A stretch of DNA of 64,000 bases from contig NC_043004.1 of the NCBI RefSeq assembly GCF_006345805.1, positions 6,324,001-6,388,000 of the forward strand. Reading direction: 5' to 3'. The notes beneath the pieces are model-generated. The model had not been told where the DNA came from, made no database searches, and saw only the letters and a list, made by a program, of their open reading frames with translations. Positions 1 through 11,940 of the stretch are shown here, in pieces. The translations under genes and the position numbers were made by a program. Origin of the DNA: Octopus sinensis. Lineage: Eukaryota. Position 1 is the first letter of the stretch, and each line of letters opens with the position of its first letter.

Positions 1-556
1 ATCTTTTGTGGTGAATGGCGATTTGACGTCTATATCTAGCATGTTGACTGTCCACTTTTCGTGTTCAGTCCTTAATTGGTATATATATATATATATATAT
101 ATATGGTTGTTATATCTTTAATAACATAAGGTTAGATAAGATGATGTCTACATTACAATAACCAATAATATGTTGTGCATGTATAGTAATATCACAATCA
201 TGAAATTACGGAGATGTACTTGCATAGCAAGTAACCTGATCTGAGATTGTGTACTGGAATGAAAACAATTGCAGCGTTGAAGGTGTTTATAAGCCATTTA
301 AGACACACACAAAAACCATTAGATTCACGTCAACATTTAAATTTAATTTGCCAAAATATTTTCATAGCTTTGAGACTGTGACCTGTTCACTGACAAAATT
401 CCGTGCTGCACAGAATTTTGGCAAATTAAATTTAAATCTAAATATTTTGGCAAATTAAATTTAAATGTTGAAATGAATCTAATGCTTTTTGTGTGTTTCT
501 TAAATGGCATATAATCACCTTCCACAATCATGAAATTAATATCAGCTTATCTCACT

Positions 557-626
557 GTCTAGCAGAACCCCTAGGAACCTTTTGCGGAAACCTGGGGTTC
601 CAGGAAACACCGGTTGAGAAACACTG
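557..626. mobile_element. Solo end of a hAT/Charlie-type MITE
   Basis: Ends GGTTGAGAAACACTG (rc CAGTGTTTCTCAACC), a Charlie/MER5-type TIR preceded by GGGGTTCC-rich subterminal motifs; partner TIR not found. Confidence 0.5.
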
Positions 627-959
627 CATTAGTCATTCAATTCATCCACCTGCCCAATGTTCATTCTAAAAAGCTTATATTAAAAATACAGAAGACTATA
701 TTCAATACATTTATCTCTTAATCCCCACTGAGCTGATCAAATTTTGGCTGGTGATGTAACATGCTAATCATATGCAAATTAGCCCTAACAACCTCTCTCT
801 ATTGGCCAGTAAAATTAAAATATGCATACTACATCATATGAAATGTGGAGAATTCTGGAAAGCACCCCACTATCAAAAACAAGTGCATATGCTCAGAATG
901 GAGTATACTACTCACTCTCTACATTGCTTATTACTCTATCATGTAATAAGAATTGGGTT

Positions 960-1140
960 TGTTGTTTAGTCTAAGTCAGCCTTGATTGAGCAGACTTATG
1001 ACAAAAGGTTTACCAGCCTTGATCATCCTGTCTTTTCCTTTTTTTTCCAGCATCAGCATGTCAATATGTTGTTCTTTTTTAAAGACAGTAGTGTATATTT
1101 CAAGGGCAATTTGGCTGCTGTTTTCAAGCAGGTCTACTAA
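960..1140 (-). repeat. Dispersed short repeat family F (also ~9400-9570 +, ~30550-30720 -, ~58600-58790 +)
   Basis: Shared motifs CAGCCAAATCTCCCTCAAAT and AAGACAGGATGGTCATG..GGAATGCC across copies. Confidence 0.6.
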
Positions 1141-2846
1141 TCATGTAGATTACTAGACTTGCTTTATGAAATAAAAGTTAAACACATTTGTTACCCAAAA
1201 AGATTAAAGAAAACATTTTTCTTCCTTACAAGGGGGGGCTGTCATAAGATTAGATATCAGGACTTCGTGGTTAGTAGTCCAGCCTCTAAACATCACAGTT
1301 TCATTACAGTATTTCATTATAGGCATTAGTCCCTGGAAATATTAATTTCCATCTAACTTTATTTGCTAGAGAATATTTAATTGTCTAAGTAAAAGCAAAG
1401 CTAATTACATGACTCACTGTCATGCTTTATCATCATTTAAATGTCTCCTTTTCCATGCTCACATGGGTCAGAAGGAATTCTTTGAGACAGATACAGTCAG
1501 ATGCCTTTCCTGTCACCAACCATCACCCGTTTCCAGTAATCTGACTGCGGCCATGCTCAAGCACCACCTTAAAGGGTTTTTTAGTCGAAAAAAATCGACC
1601 CCAAGGCTTATTCTTTGTAAACCTAGTACTTATTCAATTGGTCTCTTTTGCCAAACTGCTAAGTTACTGGGACATAAACACACCAACAATTGGTTGTCAA
1701 GCAATGATGGGGGGGACAAACACAGAAACAAAGACACCATGTGGTTGAGAAAATTGGAAACAAAGGATATCCTTGCATGATGGTGTTCATCATCATCATC
1801 ATCCATTCATTTTTCCATGCTGGCATGCTTGTTTAATACTATAACATGTCAAGACAAGGAGACACTAGCATGCACACACACACACATGCTAGGCTTCTTT
1901 CAGTTTCTGACTACCAAATCTACTCACAAGGCTTTAATTAGCCTGAGACTATAGCAGAAGAAACTTGCTCAAGATGCTATGCAATGGGATTGAACATGAA
2001 ACCATGTAATTTGAAATAACTTTTCAAACCATAAAACCATGCCTGCATCTGTTATGTCACAGAAAATATATTCTTTGTCCTTCAGCATTCAAACATTCGA
2101 AGGGCACCCAACATTTTCTTTATATCAAAATTGTAAGAAAATGGTTCCAAATTTTTGTTTATTCACCCTTTTACTCTGGTATTGTCCCATCAACCTAAAA
2201 GTTAACAATATCCAATCCTGAATTTGCAATGACCAACAGTAACCAGAAGGAATGCTGTATAATTGGGCTTATATCTATGTACTGGCAAAACCTTCGATAC
2301 ACACTACAGTGAAGCATAATATTATCAGTATTTGCTAAATCTGAGATGAAGAAATATAAAGATCTTGAGAGAATGAATATTATATGATATCAATTACAAG
2401 TGACAGCAACAAGTCTGGTCTTGAAAGAGTTAGTTCATTAATAACAGGATTTACACTTAAAATAATTATATATATATATATATACACTCCCCACACATAC
2501 AACCACTACACATGCACACACGAACACACACATACTTCTACTGACCATTCTCCTATAAACATGTGTAGGTAGACAAACAACAGGCAGCCACTCCTACCAA
2601 AATTCTTACTATAAATTCTTCCTATGACCTTAAAGGATACTAAACCCAACCACACACACAGATAAACAGCCACCACACACATACACACACACACCCACAC
2701 ATACCTCCTTCTCTTGCACTCTCCTGTCTTTGAAAGAACTTTTTCTTCACCCATTCCCTTCCGGTCATTTCAATCTGTGACCGTGTGTGTATCGTTGGCA
2801 ATTTTCTATCTCTGTCTTCCCTTCCTTGGACCTTTCCTTTTTCTAT

Positions 2847-2881
2847 GTTTCTGATGAAGAGCTCCGCTCGAAACGTTAAAA
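2847..2881 (+). ncRNA. Minimal type I hammerhead ribozyme motif (unit 1)
   Basis: CTGATGA at 2851; helix II GAGC/GCTC; GAAA; palindromic AACGTT helix III; helix I TTT/AAA. Confidence 0.6.
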
Positions 2882-2976
2882 TCCTCCTTCTTTCTTTCCT
2901 TTCCTGAGCGTCCAATAACACTATACTTGTTCCACATCCTCGCGGTGTTGTGTTTTCTTTTTGTTCATGTTAGAAT

Positions 2977-3007
<31 letters not shown>

Positions 3008-3084
3008 CAATATGTGACCTCGTGAGTACCGGCAGCGATTTTTTTTCCTCTGTCTTCCCTTCTCGGGATCTTTCCTTCTCCTAT

Positions 3085-3119
3085 GTTTCTGACGAAGAGC
3101 TCCGCTCGAAACGTTAAAC
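3085..3119 (+). ncRNA. Minimal type I hammerhead ribozyme motif (unit 2)
   Basis: CTGACGA at 3089; helix II GAGC/GCTC; GAAA; AACGTT; helix I GTTT/AAAC. Confidence 0.65.
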
Positions 3120-3626
3120 CCTCCTTCTTCTCTTCTTTCCTGAGCATCCAATAATACTTTATTTGTTCCACGTCCTCGCGTTGCTGTGTTTTTTTTGTGT
3201 TTTCTTGTTTGGATTAACTATATATATATATATATATAAAGCCCAATTTATTTATGATCAGAAGCATTCATAAACCGAGGCACTACTGTATTAAATGAAT
3301 ATGAGAAAGACAGGAGATAAAGTATGATTTATACATGATCAGAGTTGTTCGAAAACTGAGGACCTACTGTAATAAGATCAATTTGTTTGATTAAACCCTT
3401 CAAAGTGGTGCCCCCAACATAGCCACAGTCCGATGACAGAAACAAGTAAAAGATAAAAAGCCAAAATAAAAAATATGACAGCGTCTCAATGAAATAAATT
3501 TTTATTTAAATTAACTTCTGAGGTGAGTGTTAGTCTTGTTGTGTCTTTTCATTTTGATTCTATCCCAACAAAAACAGGCCTCATTCCACATGTTGTCTAT
3601 TACAGGAAACAATTAACTGATGCTGT

Positions 3627-3853
3627 TCAACCCTCTAGCATTCAGATTATTTTGTCAAATGGTCTGCTTTTTCATTCACATGGTTTTTAATTAATCTTGC
3701 ATTATTTTGTTGCTTCAAAATTTTGATCATGAGATTGTATATTTTATAATGGCATTGAAGGGTAAGTGTGATAAGCTGGATCTGGCTTGGTAGAACATAA
3801 GGCAGCAAGCATATCTGGGCTGGATATGGCAGGTTTAAATACTAAAGAATTAA
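3627..3853. mobile_element. piggyBac-like MITE (related partial copy ~48968-49110)
   Basis: T(C/T)AA-CCCT(C/T)TAGCATT start and AATACTAAAGAA-TTAA end: degenerate TIRs with TTAA-like flanks. Confidence 0.55.
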
Positions 3854-3904
3854 TCTCAGATTAGCTCTGATCCAGCAAAACTATGATCAAAAGCTTCCAG
3901 TCGT

Positions 3905-4270
3905 GCTTATCCATCATTGTTTTAATGTCCACTTCTCCATGACTGCATGGATCAGAAGGAATTCATTAAAGCAGATTTTCTGCAGCTGGATGCTCCTCCT
4001 GCTGACAACCCTCACCTGTTTCCAAGAAAGATAATAATAGTTCCCCATGGCCAGACACATTTCACATTGAAGATTGGAAATGAACAACTGTTTGTATGAT
4101 GATGAGAATGATGCTATTTACAACTATCATATGAAGTCAACAGCACACTAATACATACACAGACACACTTTTATGCAATAGGCTTCTTTCAGTTTCCATC
4201 TACCAAATCCCCTCACAAGGTTTTGGCTGGTCTGGGGCTATAGTACCAGATACCTGCCCAAGGTGTCAAG
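3905..4270 (-). mobile_element. SINE family B (tRNA head + RTE-like tail), degraded
   Basis: Reverse complement of the 6167-6585 copy, including the CATGGAAAAGTGGACATTAAA-type tail. Confidence 0.6.
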
Positions 4271-4392
4271 CAGAGTATCTAGGATTACATTATTTAATAT
4301 TCCTATCACTTCTTTACAGCAGTAAGAGGGAGATTTAACTGCTATTTCAAGTATGTTCAAGTATGCACATACATGTAAATACATATACATAG

Positions 4393-4760
4393 ATGCAGGA
4401 GTAGCTGTGTGCTAAGTAGCTTGGTTCCCAAGCACATGGTTATGGGTTCAGTCCCACTGCGTAGCACCTTGGGCAAGTGTCTTTGACTATAGCCTCGGGC
4501 TGACCAAAGCCTTGTGAGGGGATTTGGTAGACGGAAACTGAAAGAAGCCCATCATGTGTGTGTATATCCAACATTGCTTGACAACTAATACTGGTGTGTT
4601 TATATCCCCCGTAACTTAGTTGTTCGGCAAAAAGCGACCGATAGAATAAGTACTAGGCTTACAAAGAATAAGTCCTGGGGTTGATTTGTTCAACTGAAAG
4701 CAGTGCTCCGGCATGGCTGCAGTCAAATGACTGAAACAAATAAAAGAAGAAAAAAGAAGA
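4393..4760 (+). mobile_element. tRNA-derived SINE family A
   Basis: A-box-like TAGCTGTGTG, B-box GGTTCAGTCC, core CCTTGGGCAAGTGTCTT...GGATTTGGTAGACGGAAACTGAAAGAAGCCC, tail CAGCATGGCYGCAGTCAAATGACTGAAACAA. Confidence 0.85.
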
Positions 4761-4790
4761 AAATACACACACTCTCTCTCTCCCTTGGTC

Positions 4791-5131
4791 CTCACAGAGG
4801 CAATGACCAAGACCTTTGGCATTATACTGTGCTAGAGAAGACCCATCAAGTCAAGCAAAATTGCAGTGGTGGCAGATACTGATGTCATGCAAACTGGCAC
4901 CTGTGCTAGTGGCACACAAACACACCCCAGTGTTACACAAATGGCACTCACGCCAATGGCACATAAAAGCACCCATTACATGCTCAGAGTGGTTGGCATT
5001 AGGAAGGGCATCCAGCCATAGAAAGCCATGCCAAATTAGACAGGAGTCTGGTGCTGCCTTCCAGCTTGCCAGCCCAGTCAAACCGTCCAACCCATGCCAG
5101 CATGGACAACAGATGTTAAATGATGATGATC
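4791..5131 (+). mobile_element. RTE LINE 3'UTR fragment
   Basis: Matches the 3' part of 23030-23684 (GAGTGGTTGGCATTAGGAAGGGCATCCAGC...CCAACCCATGCCAGCATGGA) and has a (GAT)n tail. Confidence 0.75.
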
Positions 5132-5138
5132 ATATGTA

Positions 5139-5202
<64 letters not shown>

Positions 5203-5238
5203 TGTTTCATTCTTTTGTTGTTACTTTTTAGCATTATC

Positions 5239-5278
<40 letters not shown>

Positions 5279-5817
5279 ATGCATGCATGTAATTACATGT
5301 AACTTTCCCAAATACATGCATGTACTAGTATACAAAGAAACACTTGCACAGTCATGAGAAAATCCATGTGCGCACACACACATACATCTGCACACACAAA
5401 TACAAACAATGAGAAGCAAGTAAACAAGGGAGTTCTTTCCCAAAATACCATTTATTGAATTCTGCCCAATTGCTTATGTTGTTATTAAAAATAAAAGAAC
5501 CATTATTAGTTTTAGGAAAACAATTACTTTGACATGACATGTAAACACTGCAGGATTTGTGTGCATGACGCTAGTAGAGACAACAGAGATTAACTGACAT
5601 TAATTGATGTAGGGGAGGAAGCACTTAATAACATGTCAATGCAAGAAGTGAAATAATAGAAGTAGATGAAGAGGACAATTTAGGTCAAGTCAGGAGTATA
5701 GGATGAACTGTATGAAATATGTAAGTTCATCTGTCAATAATTATGGTTTATCACTCTCTTTAAGAGTTTCATCAGGAGGAAGGAATTGTGCCCATGACCT
5801 AACCATCTGAGTCAAAA

Positions 5818-6122
5818 GGAAGGCACGTGGCTTACTGGTTGGGATTTCCAGTTGTAAGGTCATGACCAGAGGTGTGTTCTATCCTTGAGCAAGACACTTT
5901 ATTTCACGTTGCTCCAGTCCACTCAGCTGGCAAAAATGAGTAGGTCCTGTAGATCAAAGGGCCAGCCTTGTCATATTATCTGTCACGCTGAATCTCCCTG
6001 AGGACTACATTATGGGTATGTGTGTCCATGGAGTACTCAGCCACTAGCACATTAATTTCATGAGCAGGATGTTTCAGTCATCAGATCAACTGGGACACTA
6101 GTCATTGTAACCAACAGAGTAC
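5818..6122 (+). mobile_element. tRNA-derived SINE family C
   Basis: Alignable to 34125-34447 (CCTTGAGCAAGACAC...GCTCCAGTCCACTCAGCTGGCAAAAATGAGT...CACGCTGAATCTCCCTGA). Confidence 0.8.
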
Positions 6123-6166
6123 CAGGTGAGTCAAATGGAGACTGATAAAGTTGATCTTCAGATTGT

Positions 6167-6585
6167 AGGTGCAGGCATGGCTGTCTGGTAAAAAATTTGC
6201 TTTCCAACCATACAGTTTTAGGTTCAGTCCTACTGCATGGTACCTTGTGCTTGTGCCTTCCACTATAGACCCGAGCTGACCAAAGCCTTTTGAGAGGATC
6301 TGGTAGACTGAAATTGGAAAAAAAAGGTTGTGTGTGTGTGTGCGCGCACATGCTACTGTCTCCTTTCCTTGATATTGCATGCTAGTAGTAAACAAGTGTC
6401 ACCACCATGCAAGCAGTGTCCATTTCCATTTTTCCATGAAAATGTTTGGTCATAGGAAAATATTACCTCACTTGGAAACGGGTGAAGGTTGGCAACAGGA
6501 AGACCATCCAGCCTTAGAAAATCTGCCTCAACAAATTTCCATCTTCACCATGAAAGTATGGAAAAGTGAACATTAAATGACGACA
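6167..6585 (+). mobile_element. SINE family B (family-A head, different body, RTE-like tail)
   Basis: Head as in family A; tail GTATGGAAAAGTGAACATTAAATGACGAC resembles the RTE 3' end. Confidence 0.75.
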
Positions 6586-6599
6586 GTACAATTACAAGT

Positions 6600-7000
6600 G
6601 AACACTTCAGGAAAAACATGGTCATGAAGGGAATTCCAGAGTGTTAATATTCTGGAGAAGTATTAGAAACATTTGCTAGTGTGGTGCTTGGCAAGGATGA
6701 CACAGAATTAGTGATGAGAGGAAAAGAAATGAGTGTGTCATGTAAATGGATGCAGTGTGCAGTTAGCTCACTCTGATGAGCAAAAGCCACTGTAGCAATG
6801 GTAGAGAGGCAGAAAGAGGAGTCTGTTTTGCTCAGTTAGAGACAAGGATCCTGTTAGTAAGTCCAAGCCAATCACAGTCGGCTTTCTGATGATTTAAGTA
6901 GTTTGTGTGTGTAGTAGCTGTTCATCTATTGTACGTCTCACTTGAGCTTTGTAGAGAGCCAACAGCTGCTTAAAGTTGATGTATTTTCTGGCATCGGAAA
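6600..7000 (-). mobile_element. Ancient CR1/L2/Crack-superclade LINE RT C-terminal remnant
   Basis: Minus-strand peptides LLALYKAQVR, LYHCYSGFCSSE and FSRILTLWNSL..VFP, interrupted by stops and frameshifts. Confidence 0.55.
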
Positions 7001-7059
7001 GAAAAGTTAGCATCATGATAAAGTTTTTTTTATACATATATATGTAAAATCGTAGTCAT

Positions 7060-7415
7060 GGCTGATGCCAGTGTCGCATAATTGGCACCTGTGCTGGTAG
7101 TACATAAAAAGTACCCTACGAACTTGGGGCCTCACAGGAAGTGACAAGTGACCGACACCTTTGGTAATATATTGTGCTTACCTATCAAGTCGAGTGAGAT
7201 CTATGGCCAATGCTGGTGTTTTGCAACTGGCACCTGTACCAGTGGCACATAAAAGGCATCCATTACACTCTTGGAGTGGTTGGTGTTTGGAAGGGCATCC
7301 AGCTGTAGAATCCATGCCAAATCAAATTGGAACCTGGTACTGCTCCCCAGTTTACCAGTTTTCAGTCAAACTGTCTAACCCATGCCAGCATGGAAAATGG
7401 ATGTTAAATGATGAT
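7060..7415 (+). mobile_element. RTE LINE 3'UTR fragment
   Basis: Same motifs as 4791-5131; ATGTTAAATGATGAT tail. Confidence 0.7.
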
Positions 7416-8111
7416 CACACACACCTCGGATAAAGAAGTTTAGGCATCAAATTTTATTTCTTATATTCATTCGATCCAAGACTGTAAACTTTTCGGAAAT
7501 AAAACCAACCTTGCTATTTTAGTAAATATCTTAAACTGAAACTATGGAATATCATAGATCAAGGGGCACCATAATGGAAGACTGGCTAAAATCACAGATT
7601 GATAGAAAAGTCTTAAATTCAACTCCAGCTTAAACTACAAAGTTGTACAACTGTGCAAGTAACAATGAATCATCTATTTCAATCAAGCCAATGAGAAGCT
7701 TCTTTGTAGCTGCTTGACCTGCTTGAAATATCAACCAAATCCCCCTCAAATCACATTTAACCATCTTAAAATAGAAAAGAAAAGAAAGCAGCAAACAATG
7801 TAATGCTAGATACACAAAATGACGGGATGATTATGGCTGGAGAGCAGTTCAGAATAGTTCTACTCAATCAGAGCTGTCTTGGAGTTAAACAATATTTAAT
7901 GCATTCCTCCATACCTGTTTGAATTCATAATACATCATACACATTTGCAAAACAACGTGTATTTAATATTCACTAATATGATAAAACAACTGCCAAAATA
8001 AAAGTAAAATTTCGGAGGTCAAACAGATCAGGTAAAACTCTGATTTAGCAAAGAAATATATCTACACAATAAAGTTAAACATTGAACATCACCATAAAAA
8101 GAAGCATAGCA

Positions 8112-8341
8112 TTAGCCCTTTTGATATCAACCCAGCTGAAATCACCTCTGATTCTGTAGTACAAATTTCTTGTTTTCATAAGTTTTGAATTAAAATCTTC
8201 CACCAAACCCGAATCACAATTTATGTTCCTAACACCAGCTTAATGATAACTAAGTTATTTTACTAAATTCTTTGTTATATTTTAAATTAATTGAAAGAAA
8301 CACAGAGCATCTTAACAGAAATATGGTAGCAAAAGTGTTAA
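8112..8341 (+). mobile_element. piggyBac-like MITE (family G)
   Basis: TTAG-CCCTTTTGATATCA ... TGGTAGCAAAAGTG-TTAA; reverse complement of 18407-18636. Confidence 0.7.
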
Positions 8342-8879
8342 GATGAGTGAATGAGAAAGCTCAACTTTGTAGAAATAAGGGCCAAATTTCCCTTGTATCA
8401 CACCCTACCATTAATAAAGGAAAATGAAAGACTGAATGATGTTCAAGATCCACTGCTTGTGAAAAAAAGATGGGATGGCCAAAACAGGAATGCCTTTGAT
8501 CATACCCTTGCACAACCAAGGCTGATCTGCAGCAAAACCAACAAGACATTAAGGTCTGAAGATATCTCCCCTGAAAGTCAGGTACCTCTAGCACACAGGC
8601 ATTTCCAACCCACTCATCTTTCCACCACTTGTCAATCCTACTGTGTACATTCCCACTTTACTCCTGGTCCTGCACTAATCCCTATGCAATGTCTCAGAAT
8701 GTTGATCCTCTAGAATCTTTTCCCTGCAACAGTTTAAATGAAACATTAAAGCGTTAAATTCATTGGCCTCAAAAGAGCCAGTGAGATTTTCTACAGCCTG
8801 ATGCCCTTTTGAAGTTTATTGGAAATGAATGACATTCATTTACAACAATTATGCAATGTCAAGACAAGGAGATACATAT

Positions 8880-9050
8880 GCTGACACATTCACACACATA
8901 CATACACACATACATAAACATGCACACACAAACGCACACATGCATACATAAACTTATGTATGCACACATGCATACATGCATACATAAACTTATGCATGCA
9001 CACATGCATACATGCACACATGCATACATGCACACACACACACACACACA
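8880..9050. repeat. Degenerate (CA)n/CATGCA compound microsatellite
   Basis: Visible repeats CATGCATACATAAACTTATG x2 and CACA tracts. Confidence 0.85.
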
Positions 9051-10054
9051 GCAGGCTTCTTTCAGCTCCAAACTTCTAAATCCACTCACAAGGCCTTAGC
9101 CAACCTGAGACTATAGTAGAAGACACTTGCCCAAGGTACCACGTAGTGGGACTGAACTTGAACCTATGTGGTTGAAGAGCAAACTTCTTAACCACAAAGC
9201 CAATGAGAAGCTTCTTTGTAGCTGCTTGACCTGCTAGAAATATCAACCAAATCCCCCTCAAATCACATTTAACCATCTTAAAATAGAAAAGAAAAGAAAG
9301 CAACAATGAGGTGGAAAAAAAGCAAAAGCAACAGGCTAGAATTGATTCACTTCATATGATAAACCATTGTAAATGAACAAATGAGATTCTATGTAGCCAT
9401 TTGCGCTGCATGAAATAGCAACCAAAACACTCTTCAATTACACCCCACTGCATTAAGAAAGAACAGGATGCATGAAATAATGAAGTCCTAAAACTTTTAG
9501 GAAAAGACTAGAACATGTTTGATCACAGATCTGCAATCAATATAAGTCTAGAACTAAAACAACAACAACAACTGCATGTCAAATTTCACAGCATTGTATT
9601 TGGCAAATGCAAATATGGTATATTTAGAACAGACATGTGGATTGTAATTAGATATTTGATTGACTACCTACAGGACTACCTACCATAGACTGCTCAACCA
9701 AAAATGACCTCAGATTACACAATGGCAAGATAGAAACTAAAGAGATAAATTCATGTCCAGGCATTATAAATAATGAAAAGATTGCAGGACAAACACACAC
9801 ATTGTAATTATGATCTTATAAACAATAAACAAAGAAAATTTAGCACAATATCTTGGCAGCGTCCCAATGATGTCATAATTGGGTTGACAATTAGATCAAT
9901 GTGAAAATTTATACACTTTAATTATTGATATAACCAGGTTCAAAAATTGCATAAAAACAAAATATTGTCTGTTATGTTTTCCTTTTTTATTGTTTAAACA
10001 TTTATATGCATTTTCCTTGATTCCAAAGACATGATATTATCATTATCCTAATTT

Positions 10055-10450
10055 AGCATCTATTTTTACCATGCTGGCTAAGGTTGGACAGTTCAACGGG
10101 CATTGACAAGCCAGAGGATTGCACTATGGTTCAATGTCTGCTTTGGAATGGTTTCTACAGTTAGATACCCTTCCTAATGCCTATCATTTTACAGAGTGTA
10201 CTGGGTGCTTTTTACAAAACACACACACCAGTGAGATTACTAGGTAACTTGCAAGACAAAACCTCTCAAATGAGAGTGTTATTGAGGGAGGTGGCATTAT
10301 GGTAGGTGACAGAAGGTTAAAGTAAGATAGAGAGATAAGAACAGGTGTCCCAGAGTAGAGAAGATACATAGTTACCCCAGTTAGAAAAGAGAGAAGATGG
10401 TGGTGAAAATGTGTCAGGGTGTATACCCAAGCTACAGGAAGGTGAATATA
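10055..10450 (-). mobile_element. RTE-tailed repeat (related copies ~28430-28550 and ~29190-29470)
   Basis: rc of the RTE tail (CCATGCTGG...GGATGCCCTTCCTAATGCC) followed by a shared purine-rich body. Confidence 0.6.
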
Positions 10451-10803
10451 GGAGAAGTGGTACATTTTATAAATTTGGATATTTTTACACAAGAATTATT
10501 GAAGAAAGTGTTTATATATATATGATCACAACCTCAACTGATTTTAAGACCAAGCCCTAACTTCAGATAGCGACTGTGGTGAAGTTGAGGTCAATAGCAC
10601 ATATCTATAAATAACAATACCCCCACCTCTTGCAGAACACTAAAAAAATTCACTCCAATCAGTTCACTTCGAGGATGACCAAATGGACGGATCCTGATGA
10701 AGCTGCAGCAGAAACTCATGTAGGTCATTATAATATGCTGTATATAACTATATAATAAATTTTGTGGATGTATAAGTCTCCATACTCTTTATATATGTAT
10801 GTA

Positions 10804-10840
<37 letters not shown>

Positions 10841-11431
10841 AGATCTCAGTGAGTCTTTCCACTTTAAGACGGCAGGTGTAATTTGAATGAGATCTGACTG
10901 CTATTTCTAGGTTAAGCAACTATGTAAAGGCTCCCTTACCAGTTTGGTCAGTAAGAGAACAATGGCTGCTCAGAGTAAATAGAATTTAACACCACAATCC
11001 ATTATACAATCACAACAATAAGTATCTGAAAATATGACATTTTTTATGCTGAATGGCAGGTGGCATTGTATCTAATCAATTTTATCTGAAAAAATTTGGA
11101 TTCGAAAATTAAATTGTCACAAATAAAATGACATGATCATGCTTACAGAAAATCAACATCATTATTGTTTAACATCTACTTGTCCATGTTTGCATGGGTC
11201 AGATAGAATTTGTTAAGGCAGATTTTTTTTCTTCTTTTTACCATCAGGTGCCTGTCCCGTCACCAATCTTCACCTGTTTCCCAGCAAGGTAATATCTTTT
11301 CATAGTTAGACAAGTTTTTAACAGAAGTGAACACCCTTATTTGTATACAATGATACTCATTCACAACCATCATATGTCTGGACAAGGGTAAACACACACC
11401 TAAATACGTATATATATATATAATATATATA

Positions 11432-11940
11432 TATAACTAATGTAGGATAAAATTTTTTTTGGGAAAAAAATTTTATCAATGGCCAGCATATCAAAAAATA
11501 CCTTTAAAGGTTAAATTTATAAATAATTTACAAGATAAGGGCAAAAGAAAAATTCTAATGCCAAATATGCCGAAAAAAAGACAATAATTGTCAATAAACC
11601 ATTATAATTTATGCGTCTCGAAACAAACCAATAGAAATCTCTAAAAAATTCGTCATTACCATATTGGTCCAATTTCGGGGTTAATTTGTAAGAAATTTTC
11701 TCCTCTTCAGTGGCAAATACGCAATATATAAGTGAAATACTTACTCATACCCACGGAAAAAGCAAGCACTAAGTCCCGAGCAGAACTAAGTACCCCAAAT
11801 ATATCCAAAATAGAAAAATCTTCGGCACATCTCGAGACATGTGTGATTTGAACTAGAAACTTTCACAGAGTGATAGAATCTGGAAGTGAACACTATTCAA
11901 TTTATAACTAATGTAGGATAAAATTTTTTTTCGGGAAAAA
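11432..11940 (-). mobile_element. 471-nt hammerhead-bearing element with ~37-nt terminal direct repeat, within (TA)n
   Basis: TATAACTAATGTAGGATAAAATTTTTTTT(C)GGGAAAAA at 11432 and 11903; (TA)n on both sides; internal hammerhead motif. Confidence 0.7.
11656..11716 (-). ncRNA. Type I hammerhead ribozyme motif
   Basis: Minus strand: TTGCCA-CTGAAGA-GG..AATTT CTTAC AAATT..CC-GAAA-TTGG A CCAA-TA-TGGTAA; helix I 6 bp (1 G-U), near-palindromic helix III, AUA triplet. Confidence 0.7.

Larger units (their letters stand above)
2485..3238 (+). mobile_element. Penelope-like/retrozyme-type element with two tandem ~237-bp units, each ending in (TA)n
   Basis: Units start at 2771 and 3008 (CAAT.TGTGACC), are alignable along their length, and each contains CTGAYGA-AGAGCTCCGCTC-GAAACGTTAAA. 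Confidence 0.65.

Noticed and set aside
4393-4480. tRNA-like sequences at SINE 5' ends
   Set aside because: They have A/B boxes but no complete cloverleaf and are fused to SINE cores; not tRNA genes
6773-6779. CTGATGA hits at 6773, 47011 and 49543
   Set aside because: No correctly placed GAAA with pairable helices I and III; chance matches
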